Of a stretch of DNA of 64,000 bases, positions 13,638 through 25,844 are shown piece after piece; within the stretch, counting starts at the first letter, position 1; the number at the start of each line of letters is the position of its first letter. The position numbers and the translations under genes are program-made. The DNA is from Pristiophorus japonicus. Lineage: Eukaryota. Where the stretch lies: positions 186,001 to 250,000 of the forward strand of contig NW_027253292.1 of NCBI RefSeq assembly GCF_044704955.1, written 5' to 3'. The notes below the pieces were generated by a model. The model had not been told where the DNA came from. It saw nothing but the letters and a program-made list of their open reading frames with translations, and searched no databases.

Positions 13638-14310
13638 GCCAATCAGGTACAGTATTCCACAGCTTTCACATTAATAGAAGTGTGTGCTCCGTATCTACGA
13701 TTTCTCATTGTTATTAATGTGGAAAAAAAACAAACACGCTAATAAAAAATAAAAATCAGACCTCACACAATTAAAATTAATTGAAATTAAAGTTAATAAA
13801 TGCCTTCGTAAAAAAACAATATTTTTCCCTTATTTTTTTAAGTTTTGTAATTCGGATTAAAAATAAACTTACCTTAGTGGGCAGAGTTTTTAACAATAAC
13901 ATTTGTTTTTTTAATTGAGTATGTTTTTAAACTCTAACGCCTGTAACAGTCGGCTATGTGCCTGTTTTGTCAGGCGCAAGAGTTTTCAGGACATTTGCCG
14001 GGGATATGGGTAAATCCCACAATCCTGCCCGTGCGAATGTCCTCGCTCCTGAGATACACTGTCAGGCTCCAGCTCCAGCTCCAGCTCCAGATCAGAAAAG
14101 CCGCTTTTCAGTTCATGCACATTGTGCGCTGAAAACCGACTTTTGCAATGCCTTCCGGGGTCTGTACACGCCCCGCACACGCCCCGCACACGCCCCGCAC
14201 ACGCCCCGTACACGCCCCGCACACGCCCCGCACACGCCCCGCACACGCCCCGCACACGCCCCGCACATGCCCCGCACACGCCCCGCCCAGGAAGCCGGAA
14301 TTTCCAGGCC
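13638..14310. mobile_element. MITE-like non-autonomous element, left-truncated copy, with internal 11-bp (CACACGCCCCG)n array at about 14165-14286
   Basis: Homologous to 40193-40877: shared GCCAATCAGGTA, AT-rich core, near-identical segment of about 245 bp, and similar right end AATTTCCAGGCC. Confidence 0.65.
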
Positions 14311-14379
14311 ATTACGTATCTTCCCCACTTCCTCTGCCTCCACACACACATCACCATTTTGGCCCCAAATAGGCCCTAA

Positions 14380-16250
14380 TCTGTTCTTATTTATCCTCTT
14401 GTTCTTTCTGTAATTATAAAACACCTTAGGCTTTTCATTGAGTCTACTTGCCAGTTTTTTTTATATGCCTTATTTTTGCTTTCCTAATTTCCTTCTTAAT
14501 TTCACCCTGGAACTTTCTATAGTTGTGTCAGCAATACTGAGCTCACAATGCCTTATCTTACCCTGCACACACCTTGTCATCCCGGGGCTCGAGGTTTGGC
14601 AATACTCCCCTTTCTCTTAGTGGGAACATGTTTACCCTGCCCTCCACGTACCTCCCACTGCCCTGGCACTGATATACCTTCAGGTAACTGTCCACTTTGG
14701 CTAAATTACTTCACAGCTGGGTAAAGTTGGCCTGCCCCCAGTTTAGAATCCTCACTCCTGATTTATCTTTGTCCTTATCCATAATGATGCTAAAACTAAC
14801 TGATTATGATCACTGCCACTAAAGTGCTCCCCACTGATACTCTGCCACCTGCCCAACTCCATTCCCTAAAACTAAATCCACAACTGCCCTCTCTTGTCGG
14901 GCTGGCTACGTATTGGCTAAAAAAGTTGTTCACAATGCACTTTAGGAATTCTGTGTCCTCTCTAGCTTTGACACTGACATTATCCCAGTTAATATTCGGG
15001 GAATTCAATGCCCTACTATTACTGCCCTATTGTTTATGCGCTTGTCAGTAATTGGCCTAGAAATTTGCCCTTCTCTCTCCCTTGGACTGTTTGAGGGTCT
15101 ATGGTCTATAGAACACTCCCAGCAGTGTGATCGCCCCTTTATTGTTCTTTAGTTCAATCCATATGGCCTTGTTTGATGACCCCTCTAACATATCGTCCGT
15201 CCTCACGGCTGTAATTGTTTCTTTAATCAATACTATGACCCCCCCCCCTCCTGTTTTACCCCCTCTCCATCTCGTCTGAAAACCCTGTACCCAGGAATGT
15301 TGAGCTGCCATACCTGCCCCTCTTTCAGCCATATCTCAGTAATAGCTATATCATACTCCCAAGTGTCTACCTGTGCTCTCAGCTCATCGGCCTTATTCCC
15401 TAGACTCCTTGTATTGAAGTATTTACCCTTCAGCATTCCCAAACTCCCCCGTTGTTTATTTTCTAGCCTTTGTTTCCTCTGCCTTCCAAACTCGCTGACT
15501 AATTTTCTGCCTTCCAATTCCAGCTTTACTCCCTCCCCACTGAATCTATTCTCAGGTTCCCATCCCCCTGCCAAACTAGTTTAAACTCTCTCCAACAGCA
15601 CCAGCAACCCACCCCCCCGCGAGGATATTGGTCCCGGCTCTGATGAGGTACAACCCGTCCGGCTTGTACAGGTCCCACCTCCCCCAGAACCGGTCCCAAT
15701 GCCTCAAAAATCTAAAGCCCTCCCGCCTGTCCCATCTCTCCAGTCATGTATCCACCTGCTCTGTACTCACTTGCTCGTGGCACCGGGAGTAATCCGGAGA
15801 TTATTACCTTTGAGGTCCTGCTTTTTAATCTCTCTCCTAGCTCCCTAATCTCTGCCTGCAGGACCCCATCCCTCTATCTACCTATGTCATTGGTCGGGAT
15901 ATGGACCACGACCTCTGGCTGGTCACCCTCTCCCCCCAGAATGCCCTGCAGCCACTCGGTGACATCCTTGACCCTGGCACCAGGGAGGCAACATACGATC
16001 CTGGAGTCACGTCTGCGGCCGCAGAAACACCTGCCTGCTCCCCTGTCTATCGATTCCCCGACCACTATAGCTCGTCCATTCCCCTTCCTCCCCCCCCCCT
16101 GTGCATGGTGCTGTAGACTTGCTCTGGCTGTACTCCCCATGGCCACCATTGCCCTCACTGGTACTCACAACAGAATACTGGTTAGAGAGCGAGATGGACT
16201 CCGGGGTCTCCTACACTACTTGCCTAGCCCTCCTTGTCTGTCTCTGCCTT
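14380..16250 (-). mobile_element. Decayed CR1-clade LINE: ORF1 esterase region and ORF2 APE endonuclease
   Basis: ORF1-like AIVVGESIDRG...CLPGARVKDV...VVVHIPTNDIGR (GDSL/SGNH-type). Endonuclease motifs YFNTRSLGNK, IAITEIWL, GGGV, GVFYRP, FNSPNINW. Frameshifted. Confidence 0.88.
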
Positions 16251-16419
16251 GAACCTGAATAGCAAAGAAAAACGATGTGAGCTTTACCGAGCAATCAGTT
16301 ACCAGTTATCCTGTGACATTACTCCTTGTGCTGTCACTGCCGGTGAAGATGGGTCTCGCTCACTCTCCCACTCCTTATGCCCCTCGCTGTCCTCGTTCAG
16401 GCTGCTGCCCCTGAGAAGG

Positions 16420-16733
16420 ATCTGTTTCCCTGGGCAGAGGCGTCAACAATCGGGGAACATAGATTTAAAGTAATTGGGGAGAGGTTTAGAGGGGATTTGA
16501 GGGGAAATGTCATCACCCAGAGGGTGGTGGGGTCTGGAACTCACGGCCTGAAAGGGGGGTAGAGGCAGAAACCCTCCCCACATTTGGATGTACACTTGAA
16601 GTGCCGTAACCCCACAGGGCTATGGACCGAGAGCGGGAAAGTGGGATTAGGCTGGGTAGCTCTTGGTCGGCCGGCACGGACATGATGGGCCGAATGGCCT
16701 CCTCCCGTGCTGTAAATGTCTCTGATTCTATGA
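16420..16733 (+). mobile_element. CR1-like LINE 3' end fragment
   Basis: Encodes EHRFKVIGERFRGDLRG...TQRVVG (CR1 ORF2 C-terminus), then a GGGCCGAATGGCCT stem and TTCTATGA-type tail; homologous to 32777-33100 in the opposite orientation. Confidence 0.85.
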
Positions 16734-16779
16734 AGATTTCCAACTGTATGAAACTGATTGCCGTCTCTCTCTCCGGCAG

Positions 16780-17787
16780 GTCACTTAGATTCTGTCTTCT
16801 ATACCATTTCCTCGGGCGATCCCAACGGATACTTTGCAATCGACGTCGGCTCGGGATTGATCCGCACCAGCATCCCCTTGGACCACGAGTCCCACCCGGT
16901 TGTAATCCTGGATATCCAAGCTCGCAGTGGCTCTCCGCCTGCCTACAGCAGTACAAAGGTCAAAGTCACAATCTCTGACATCAACGACAACACGCCAACA
17001 TTCCGCACCTCCTCGGAGTCGATTCTGGTCCCGGAGAACACGGAGCTTGGCTCCCTCATCTACACAGTCAACGCCGAGGATCGCGATAGCGGTGCCAATG
17101 GACAGGTGCAGTTCGACATTGTCTCCAACGCAGAGCGAACTTTCAGCATTGACCGGACCTTGGGGAAGCTCCGTGTGATTGGATCCTTGAGCTACGAGAT
17201 GGTGCCACGATACGACCTGAAAATCGTGGCCAAGGACAGCGGAGCACCACAACTCAGCTCCACCTTCACCTTGGTGATTCACATCCAGGATGAGAGCGAT
17301 AACGCCCCAATCTTCGACACCTTGACCTATCGGGTGGAGGTCAACGAAGGGACCCCTGTCAATAGCCGCTTTCTCCAGGTGCGCGCACTGAGCCAGGAGA
17401 GTCTCGACGCCCACATCACTTACCACTTGCGATCCGATGGTGACTCAGCCAACTTTGGAATCGTGCCTGAAAGTGGCTGGCTGTATGTGAAGAGCGCCCT
17501 GGACCGTGAGAACAAGGACCTCTTCAGTCTGACTGTCGTGGCCTCCAGCAGTGAGGGCGACCAGAGGAAAACCGGGACCACCACCGTCAGAGTCTGTGTC
17601 ACCGACGAGAACGACAACGCCCCGAAGCTGAGCGAAGAGCGTTATTTCCTCACCGTGTCTGAGAATGTGCCACCAGCAACATTCATCGGACGTATCCTGG
17701 CCACAGACCGAGATCACGGGCTGAACAGCAAACTGACTTACAGACTACTCCCAGCTAATCCCAACTTCCAGATCAACTCACTCACCG
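16780..17787 (+). CDS. DCHS1: DCHS1 internal exon, about three cadherin repeats
   Basis: Acceptor ctccggcAG|GT and donor G|GTAATC; 1008 nt, phase 1-1. Cadherin motifs LDHE, DINDNTP, AEDRDSG, LDRE, DENDNAP, ATDRDHG. Confidence 0.96.
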
Positions 17788-17886
17788 GTAATCAGACCAC
17801 ACCCGATCACCTGGTGCAGCAGCTCACTGGTTCATGGCTCACCTCCGCTGGTACTGAGCCCCACACCACAGCAAGCCTCCAATCAC

Positions 17887-19389
17887 ACTCTGTGCTGACA
17901 CGGCCAATCACTGCCCAGTGACCCCTGGGTTATAGTGAGGGGGAAATCAGCCAGGGTTCCTGCTCCTGATCACTGCCCAGTGACCCCTGGGTTATAGAGA
18001 GGGGAAATCAGCCAGGGTTCCTGCTCCTGATCACTGCCCAGTGACCCCTGGGTTAGAGAGAGAGGGGAAATCAGCCAGGGTTCCTGCTCCTGATCACTGT
18101 CCAGTGACCCCTGGGTTAGAGAGAGAGGGAATCAGCCAGGGCTCCTGCTCCTGATCACTGCCCAGTGACCCCTGGGTTAGAGAGAGACGGGAAATCAGCC
18201 AGGGTTCCTGCTCCTGATCACCGCCCAGTGACCCCCTGGGTTAGAGAGAGGGGGAAATCAGCCAGGGTTCCTGCTCCTGATCACTGCCCAGTGACCCCTG
18301 GGTTAGAGAGAGAGGGGAAATCAGCCAGGGTTCCTGCTCCTGATCACTGCCCAGTGTCCCCTGGGTTAGAGAGAGGGGGGAAATCAGCCAGGGTTCCTGC
18401 TCCTGATCACTGCCCAGTGACCCCTGGGTTAGAGAGAGGGGGAATCAGCCAGGGTTCCTGCTCCTGATCACTGCCCAGTGACCCCTGGGTTAGAGAGAGG
18501 GGGAATCAGCCAGGGTTCCTGCTCCTGATCACTGTCCAGTGACCCCTGGGTTAGAGAGAGGGGGAATCAGCCAGGGTTCCTGCTCCTGATCACTGCCCAG
18601 TGACCCCTGGGTTAGAGAGAGAGGGGAAATCAGCCAGGGTCCCTGCTCCTGATCCCTGCCCAGTGACCCCTGGGTTAGAGAGAGGGGAAATCAGCCAGGG
18701 TTCCTGCTCCTGATCACTGCCCAGTGACCCCTGGGTTAGAGAGAGAGGGGAAATCAGCCAGGGTTCCTGCTCGTGATCACTGCCCAGTGACCCCTGGGTT
18801 AGAGAGAGAGGGGAAATCAGCCAGGGTTCCTGCTCGTGATCACTGCCCAGTGACTCCTGGGTTAGAGAGAAAGGAAATCAGCCAGGGTTCCTGCTCCTGA
18901 TCACTGCCCAGTGACCCCTGGGTTAGAGAGAGAGGGGAAATCAGCCAGGGTCCCTGCTCCTGATCCCTCCCCAGTGACCCCTGGGTTAGAGAGTGGGGAA
19001 ATCAGCCAGGGTTCCTGCTCCTGATCACTGCCCAGTGACCCCTGGGTTAGAGAGAGGGGAAATCAGCCAGGGTTCCTGCTCCTGATCACTGCACAGTGAC
19101 CCCTGGGTTAGAGAGAGGGGAAATCAGCCAGGGTTCCTGCTCCTGATCACTGCCCAGTGACCCCTGGGTTAGAGAGAGAGGGGAAATCAGCCAGGGTTCC
19201 TGCTCCTGATCCCTGCCCAGTGACCCCGGGGTTAGAGAGAGGGGTAATCAGCCAGAGTTCCTGCTCCTGATCACTGTCCAGTGACCCCTGGGTTAGAGAG
19301 AGGGAAATCAGCCAGGGTTCCTGCTCCTGATCACTGCCCAGTGACCCCTGGGTTAGAGAGAGGGGAAATCAGCCAGGGTTCCTGCTCCT
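17887..19389. repeat. About 60-bp satellite (GGGGAAATCAGCCAGGGTTCCTGCTCCTGATCACTGCCCAGTGACCCCTGGGTTAGAGAGA), about 25 units
   Basis: Direct tandem periodicity; length varies in the (GA)n/G tract. Confidence 0.97.
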
Positions 19390-19548
19390 TATCTATTATA
19401 TTCTATTACAGAGAATACACACAAATTACAAGATGGAAATCAGCCATTCAGCCCATCTAGTCTGAACTGTTTTGGCACTCCCTCCACATGAGCAAATATT
19501 CTAATCACATTTAGCCGCCCTGTTTTCAAATCTCTTGAACCCCATTTC

Positions 19549-19911
19549 CTGCATCAACCCTTACCCTCTGACCCTGACTGTTGATACAGTGCCTGCATCA
19601 ACCCTTACCCTCTGACCCCGACTGTTGATACAGTATCTGCATCAACCCTTACCCTCTGACCCCGACTGTTGATACAGTGCCTGCATCAACCCTTACCCTC
19701 TGACCCCGACTGTTGATACAGTGCCTGCATCAACCCTTACCCTCTGACCCCGACTGTTGATACAGTGCCTGCATCAACTCTTACCCTCTGACCCCGACTG
19801 TTGATACAGTGCTTGCATCAACCCTTACCCTCTGACCCCGACTGTTGATACAGTGCTTGCATCAACCCTTACCCTCTGACCCCGACTGTTGATACAGTGC
19901 TTGCATCAACC
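19549..19911. repeat. 44-bp minisatellite (CTGCATCAACCCTTACCCTCTGACCCCGACTGTTGATACAGTGC), about 8 units
   Basis: Direct tandem periodicity. Confidence 0.96.
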
Positions 19912-20195
19912 ACTAACCTATTTGATAAATACTTGCAGGGAACCATTTCCAGGTTATCGGGGAAGAGCAGATTGAAACTTATTGGACAGATTTTCAAAGT
20001 GCCAACACCAGCAGATGGGCCGAATGGCCTTCCCTGCTGCCTCTTTCTTTGATTGTCTGATCACTGGGAGTGGATCCCACAGACTCACAATGCTCCATGG
20101 GACTTCTGCCCTCTGCTCTCAGCCTTCTCTCATTTACTCTTCTTCCTCCAGCCCCGTTCCTGAAACCCTGCCAATTCCTGTCATTCTGTTTCCAG

Positions 20196-20383
20196 GTGAG
20201 ATGAGTTCGAAGGTGACCTTTGACCGAGAGGATCAGGCCAGTCACCAGCTGACTGTGGTGGTTCAAGATGGTGGCACACCGCCACGCAGCATCGCAGGGT
20301 CTGTCTACGTGATGGTGTTGGACCAGAACGATAATTCTCCTGTTTTCACCAATGTGCCATTGGGAAAGGAACTAGTTCTTCAG
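20196..20383 (+). CDS. DCHS1: DCHS1 internal exon
   Basis: Acceptor tttccAG|GT and donor CAG|GTAAGG; 188 nt, phase 1-0. GEMSSKVTFDREDQASHQLTVVVQDGGTPPRS...VLDQNDNSPVF...ELVLQ. Confidence 0.95.
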
Positions 20384-20591
20384 GTAAGGTCAGTCACCCC
20401 GAGTCATCCAGCAGGGTCAGAGGTCAGAGGTCAGTCAGGCCATACACAGCACAAAACCTTTTATGTGGTGTGCAGACTTCATTATAACCAGCAACACTCA
20501 ATCAGCAAAAGGAGGAGTTTTACAGAGGGCCTTAAAGGAGGTAAGAGAGAGAGTTAGGAGTCGCACTGTTTGGGGGCAAGTGTCCTCAGAG

Positions 20592-20988
20592 TTTGGGCAA
20601 GGGTCCCTGGGGTTTAGGGGTGAGGAGGCTCCCCGGGGTTTGGGGGGCGAGGGTCTCTGGGGTTTGGGGGCGAGGGTCTCTGGGGTTTAGGGGCGAGGGT
20701 CTCTGGGGTTTAGGGTCCCTGGGGTTTGAGGGCGAGGGTCTCTGGGGTTTGGGGGCGAGGGTCCCCGGGATTTGGGGGCGAGGATCCCTGGGTTTAGGGG
20801 CGAGGGTCTCTGGGGTTTAGGGGCGAGGCTCCCCGGGGTTTGGGGGCGAGGGTCTCTGGGGTTTGGGGGTGAGGGTCCCTGGGGTTTAGGGGCGAGGGTT
20901 TCTGGGGTTTGGGGGCGAGGGTCCCTGGGGTTTAGGGGCGAGGGTCCCTGGGGTTTGGGGGCAAGGGTCTCTGGGATTTGGGGGTCCA
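20592..20988. repeat. 23-bp G-rich minisatellite (GGGTCTCTGGGGTTTGGGGGCGA)
   Basis: About 17 units, each with three G-runs. Confidence 0.95.
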
Positions 20989-21532
20989 GACATGTCGTGA
21001 GTTAGAGCAGAAGACATTGTGAGGAGTCTCTATTTCAGTGAGAATATGGACAGAAGAAGAAGGTGTTGACGGAAGAGTTTGTGCTGAGCAGAGGAGTGTG
21101 AAAAGGTTTCGTTGACACTTTCCAATATCCCTTCATTGTTGGCAAAATTCACAGAAAGTGGATAAACAGATTTCAGTGCACAGAACCTCGAAATCCTCTG
21201 CATCGAACGGGTTTGGACCTCGAATGTGCACAGCTGGGTCCTGATAAACAGCGTGCACACATGCCAAGTTCCCTCTGTGTGATTTAAATCTACAGAAAGT
21301 ACACTGAGAAACACCAGTCTGGGGCATGTGTATTCATTCAACTAATCCCCAGAACATTGCAGAAATAAACAACAGAAGATTGTTAATGCAAAGTCTTATT
21401 TGTGGACAAATATTTAACTCACTCACTTCATCAGATAAATATTTTATTTAAAATTCTGTTCATTCCTCAACTGTTTTCACTTAGATTTTTAGAAGAATTG
21501 GTCTCATAAAACTCGGCCGGTTTCTCCCGTTC

Positions 21533-24353
21533 TGTGTGAGTGAGGGAGAGGGAGAGAGTGTGAGAGGGAGAGAGTGTGAGAGGGAGAGGGAGAGAGTGTG
21601 AGAGGGAGAGAGTGTGAGAGGGAGAGGGAGAGAGTGTGAGAGGGAGAGGGAGAGAGTGTGAGAGGGAGAGTGTGTGAGAGGGAGAGAGTGTGAGAGGGAG
21701 AGTGTGTGAGAGGGAGAGTGTGTGAGAGGGAGAGTGTGTGAGAGGGAGAGAGTGTGAGAGGGAGAGAGTGTGAGAGGGAGAGAGTGTGAGAGGGAGAGAG
21801 TGTGAGAGGGAGAATGTGTGAGAGGGAGAGTGTGTGAGAGGGAGAGTGTGTGAGAGGGAGAGTGTGTGAGAGGGAGAGAGTGTGAGAGGGAGAGAGTGTG
21901 AGAGGGTGAGAAGGAGAGTGTGTGAGAGGGAGTGTGTGTGAGAGGGAGAGTGTGTGAGAGGGAGAGAGTGTGAGAGGAGGGTGAGAGAGTGAGAGAGTGT
22001 GAGAGGGAGAGAGTGTGAGAGGGAGAGTGTGTGAGAGGGAGAGTGTGTGAGAGGGAGAGTGTGTGAGAGGGAGAGTGTGTGAGAGGGAGAGAGTGTGAGA
22101 GGGAGAGAGGGAGAGTGTGTGACAGGTAGTGTGTGTGAGAGGGAGAGTGTGTGAGAGGGAGAGAGGGAGAGAGTGTGAGAGAGTGAGAGAGTGTGAGTGG
22201 GAGAGAGTGTGAGAGTGTGTGAGAGGGAGAGGGTGAGAGGGAGAGATTGTGAGAGGAGAGTGAGAAAGTGAGAGAGTGTGAGTGTGTGAGAGGGAGAGAG
22301 TGAGAGGGAGAGGGAGAGAGTGCGAGAGGGAGAGAGTGCAAGAGTGCGAGAGAGAGAGTGTGAGAGGGGGAGTGAGTGTGAGAGAGTGTGAGGGGGAGAG
22401 AGTGTGAGGGGGAGTGAGAGGGAGTGAGTGTGAGGGGGAGTGAGTGAGGGGGAGTGAGTGTGAGGGGGAGTGAGTGTGAGGGGGCGAGAGTGTGAGAGGG
22501 AGAGATTGTGAGAGGTGAGAGGGAGAGAGTGAGAGGAAAAGAGTGAGAGGAAGAGGTAGAGAATGTGAGAGTGAGAGGTAGAGAGTGTTGAGAGGGAGAG
22601 AGTGTGAAAGGGAGTGCGAGAGGGAGAGAGTGCGAGAGGGAGAGAGTGTGAGAGGGAGAGTGTGAGAGGGGGAGTGAGTGTGAGAGAGTGTGAGAGGGAG
22701 AGAGTGTGAGGGGGAGTGAGTGTGAGAGAGTGTGAGGGAGTGAGTGTGAGGGGGAGTGAGTGTGAGGGGGAGTGAGTGTGAGAGAGAGGGGGAGTGAGAC
22801 GGAGAGAGTGTGAGAGGGAGAGAGTGTAAGTGGGAAAGAGTGTGAGAGTGTGTGAGGGAGAGGGTGAGAGGGAGAGATTGTGAGAGGAGAGTGAGAGTGT
22901 GTGAGTGGGAGAGAGTGAGTGGGAGATTGAGAGGGAGAGTGTGAGAGGAAGGGGGAGTGAGAGGGAGAGAGGGAGAGAGTGTGAGAGGGAGAGAGTGTGA
23001 GAGGAAGAGGGAGAGAGAGTGAGAGGGAGAGAGTGTGAAAGGGAGAGGGAGAGAGTGTGAGAGTGAGAGAGTGTGAAAGGGAGAGGGAGAGAGTGTGAAA
23101 GGGAGAGGGAGAGAGTGTGAGAGTGAGAGAGTGTGAAAGGGAGAGGGAGAGAGTTTGAAAGGGAGAGAGAGAGAGTGTGAGAGGGAGAGAGTGTGAGAGG
23201 GAGAGAGAGTGAAAGGGAGAGGGAGAGGGAGAGAGTGTGAGAGGGAGAGAGTGTGAGAGGGAGAGGGAGAGAGTGTGAGAGGGAGAGAGAGTGAGGGAGA
23301 GTGCGAGAGGGAGAGAGTGCGAGAGGGAGAGAGTGTGAAAGGGAGAGTGAGAGTGTGTGAAAGGGAGAGGGAGAGAGTGTGAAAGGGAGAGGGAGAGAGT
23401 GTGAGGGAGAGAGAGTGAAAGGGAGAGAGAGTGACAGAGAGTGTGAAAGGGAGAGAGAGAGAGAGAGTGAGAGGGCAAGAGTGTGTGAGGGAGAGAGAGT
23501 GAGAGGGAGAGAGTGTGAAAGGGAGAGGGAGAGAGTGTGAAAGGGAGAGAGAGAGAGTGAGAGTGAGAGAGTGTGAGAGGGAGAGAGAGTGAGAGGGAGA
23601 GAGTGTGAAAGGGAGAGGGAGAGAGTGAGAGGGAGAGAGTGTGAGAGGGAGAGAGTGCGAGAGGGAGAGAGTGTGAAAGGGAGAGTGAGAGAGTGTGAAA
23701 GGGAGAGGGAGAGAGTGTGAGAGGGAGAGAGTGTGAAAGGGAGAGGGAGAGAGTCTGAGGGAGAGAGAGTGAGAGAGAGAGAGTGAGAGATAGTGTGAAA
23801 GGGAGAGAGAGAGAGAGAGTGAGAGGGCAAGAGTGTGAGAGGGAGAGAGAGTGTGAGAGGGAGAGAGGGAGAGAGAGTGCGACAGGGGGAGAGAGGGAGA
23901 GAGTGCGAGAGGGAGAGAGAGTGCGAGAAGGAGAGAGTGCGAGAGAGAGAGAGTGCGAGAGGAGAGAGAGTGAGAGGGAGATGGAGAGAGTGTGAAAGGG
24001 AGAGCATGAGAGGGAGAGTGTGAGATGAAAGGGAGAGTGAGAAAGTGAGTGCGAGAGTGAGAAAGTGAGTGCGAGAGAGAGAGAGAGAGTACGAGAGGGA
24101 GAGAGTGCGAGAGGGAGAGAGAGTGCGAGAGGGAGAGAGAGTGCTAGAGGGAGAGAGAGTGTGAGAGGGAGAGAGAGTGCGAGAGTGAGAGGGAGAGAGA
24201 GAGTGCGAGAGGGAGAGAGAGAGTGCGAGAGGGAGAGGGAGAGAGAGAGTGCGAGAGGGAGGGAGAGAGAGAGTGCGAGAGGAAGAGTGAGTGTGAGAGG
24301 GAGAGTGAGGGAGTGTGAGAGGGAGAGAGTGTGAGAGGGAGAGTGAGTGAGGG
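21533..24353. repeat. Purine-rich (GA/GT)n low-complexity tract, dominant unit about GAGAGGGAGAGAGTGT
   Basis: 2.8 kb almost free of C on the + strand. Confidence 0.97.
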
Positions 24354-24722
24354 AAATTCTGGGAGCACGTCTTGGCTTTGGAGAGTTTAAGAGGATAAGT
24401 AAAAGTAACTGCTGTGTAAGTGATGACAAGTCTTGCTCAGGTCATGCACTTCCTGTTCACAAACCATCCGTGTTACTGTCCCACTCTTCTATCAATGCTC
24501 ACCATTGTAAACCCCGTGCCTACATTTCCCATTCCATGTTTTCATGTCCGCGGTCACACTGTGCTTACAACTCTGGGAAATTCCGGTTCTCTCCCAAGCT
24601 GATCGCTATTTTGTATTCACGATTAACACGGAGCGATTTCCGTCTCACGTGTACACCAGGCGGGCGATGGGTGGGTGATGTACCCCAAATCTTTTTGTCC
24701 CTCTATCCCATTTCGACACTTA

Positions 24723-25333
24723 GGGGCCAAAATTGGCTATCGCCCCGGTTGGGGGGAGGGAACCTTTTCGAGTCGGACCTTCTGGGCGAGGTGTGGAAGT
24801 GAAATTGGGGTTCCTGCCCCTCACAGGAAGTGCAATGTGGCGCTCCACATCCTCTCGAGGCAGGGCCGAGCTACCCAGGCACATCGCAGCGCCCCCAGTG
24901 GCCTCTCCACGTAGCGTTGACGCGTTTTATCACCCCTTCTGTTAAAGGGGCGGGGCACCATGAGCTCTGCAGGGTCTTTGATGGCCTCCACCGGGCAACC
25001 AGGGGCTACGGAGTGTCGTGGCCGGTGAATGGCACGGAGCCAGAGTGCCGGCTGCACCACCAGGGCATCGGGCAACGGCCCGACCGGTAAATGTGTTCAA
25101 AATAAAAAGATGTCGGTGTGCTGCGCAGCACACCTCCCCTTTAACCTTTGCCCCGTGGTGGATGGGCCCGGTTCACGACCCCCGACAATGGCACAGCAAT
25201 TGCCGGCGATAGTCCCACGGTGTGCTGCAGCCACATGCGCCCCCTCCCCCAGGGTAATCACACTCGCGCCCCTTCGCGCCCCCACCCCCCGGAGGTGCTA
25301 ACACGAGGCGCACAACCGGGGAATTTCATCCCC
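24723..25333. mobile_element. Putative MITE (PIF/Harbinger-like termini)
   Basis: Imperfect terminal inverted repeats GGGGCCAAAATTG / GAATTTCATCCCC, TTA on the left and TTC on the right, internal inverted pair GTTAAAGGGG / CCCCTTTAAC; GC/CpG-rich island within AT-richer flanks. Confidence 0.5.
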
Positions 25334-25844
25334 TTCTTACACAAATGTACCATCTCACACATCACTACATTTGCCAATTACATGCCCATTCTGCGTTTGT
25401 TAATGTCCTCCTGTACTTTGTCACAGTTTGCCTCTGTATTAGCTACACACCCCTCTGAAAAATCCAGATATATTCCATCTATTGCATGACCTTTGTCTAC
25501 TCTTTCTGTTGGTCCAGCAGGCTAATGAATTTAATATATATGTGCAATAGTGCCTCTCTTCCCAAATTCTTTCAATATTCGCGGACGCAATCCGTCCGGA
25601 CCAGGGATTTACCTGCTCTAAGTTTGATTCGTTCATTAATTACTCCTACTTTCTATCTTAAATATCTTTATATCTTTTTTGACCTCATCTAATGTCCTGC
25701 CCACATCTTAGGCCCCCTGGTGAATACCGAGGCAATGAATTGCCGGCTCTTTGCCTGCGAGGAACAAGGACCAGCTGGTGAGATCGACACATACACAACG
25801 TCACGGTGCACTGTCTGACCTGTTCTCCATCTCGCCTTCTGCAG

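Noticed and set aside
1491-13742. Dozens of long ORFs (SHWERSLSDP, LHTGNGHSQT, PFTLGTVTLR) that superficially recall zinc-finger linkers or repeat proteins
   Set aside because: They are translations of a stop-free 30-bp unit in all frames, with frequent frameshifts and no Cys-X2-Cys; the region is intronic.
21030-21341. 103-aa minus-strand ORF in non-repetitive intron sequence
   Set aside because: No recognisable domain or splice context, and the length is within chance expectation; a search for conserved non-coding or transposase similarity was not possible.
21467-24429. 846-aa and 982-aa Ser/Leu/His/Pro ORFs on the minus strand
   Set aside because: Translation of a (TC/CA)n low-complexity tract that cannot readily encode stops.
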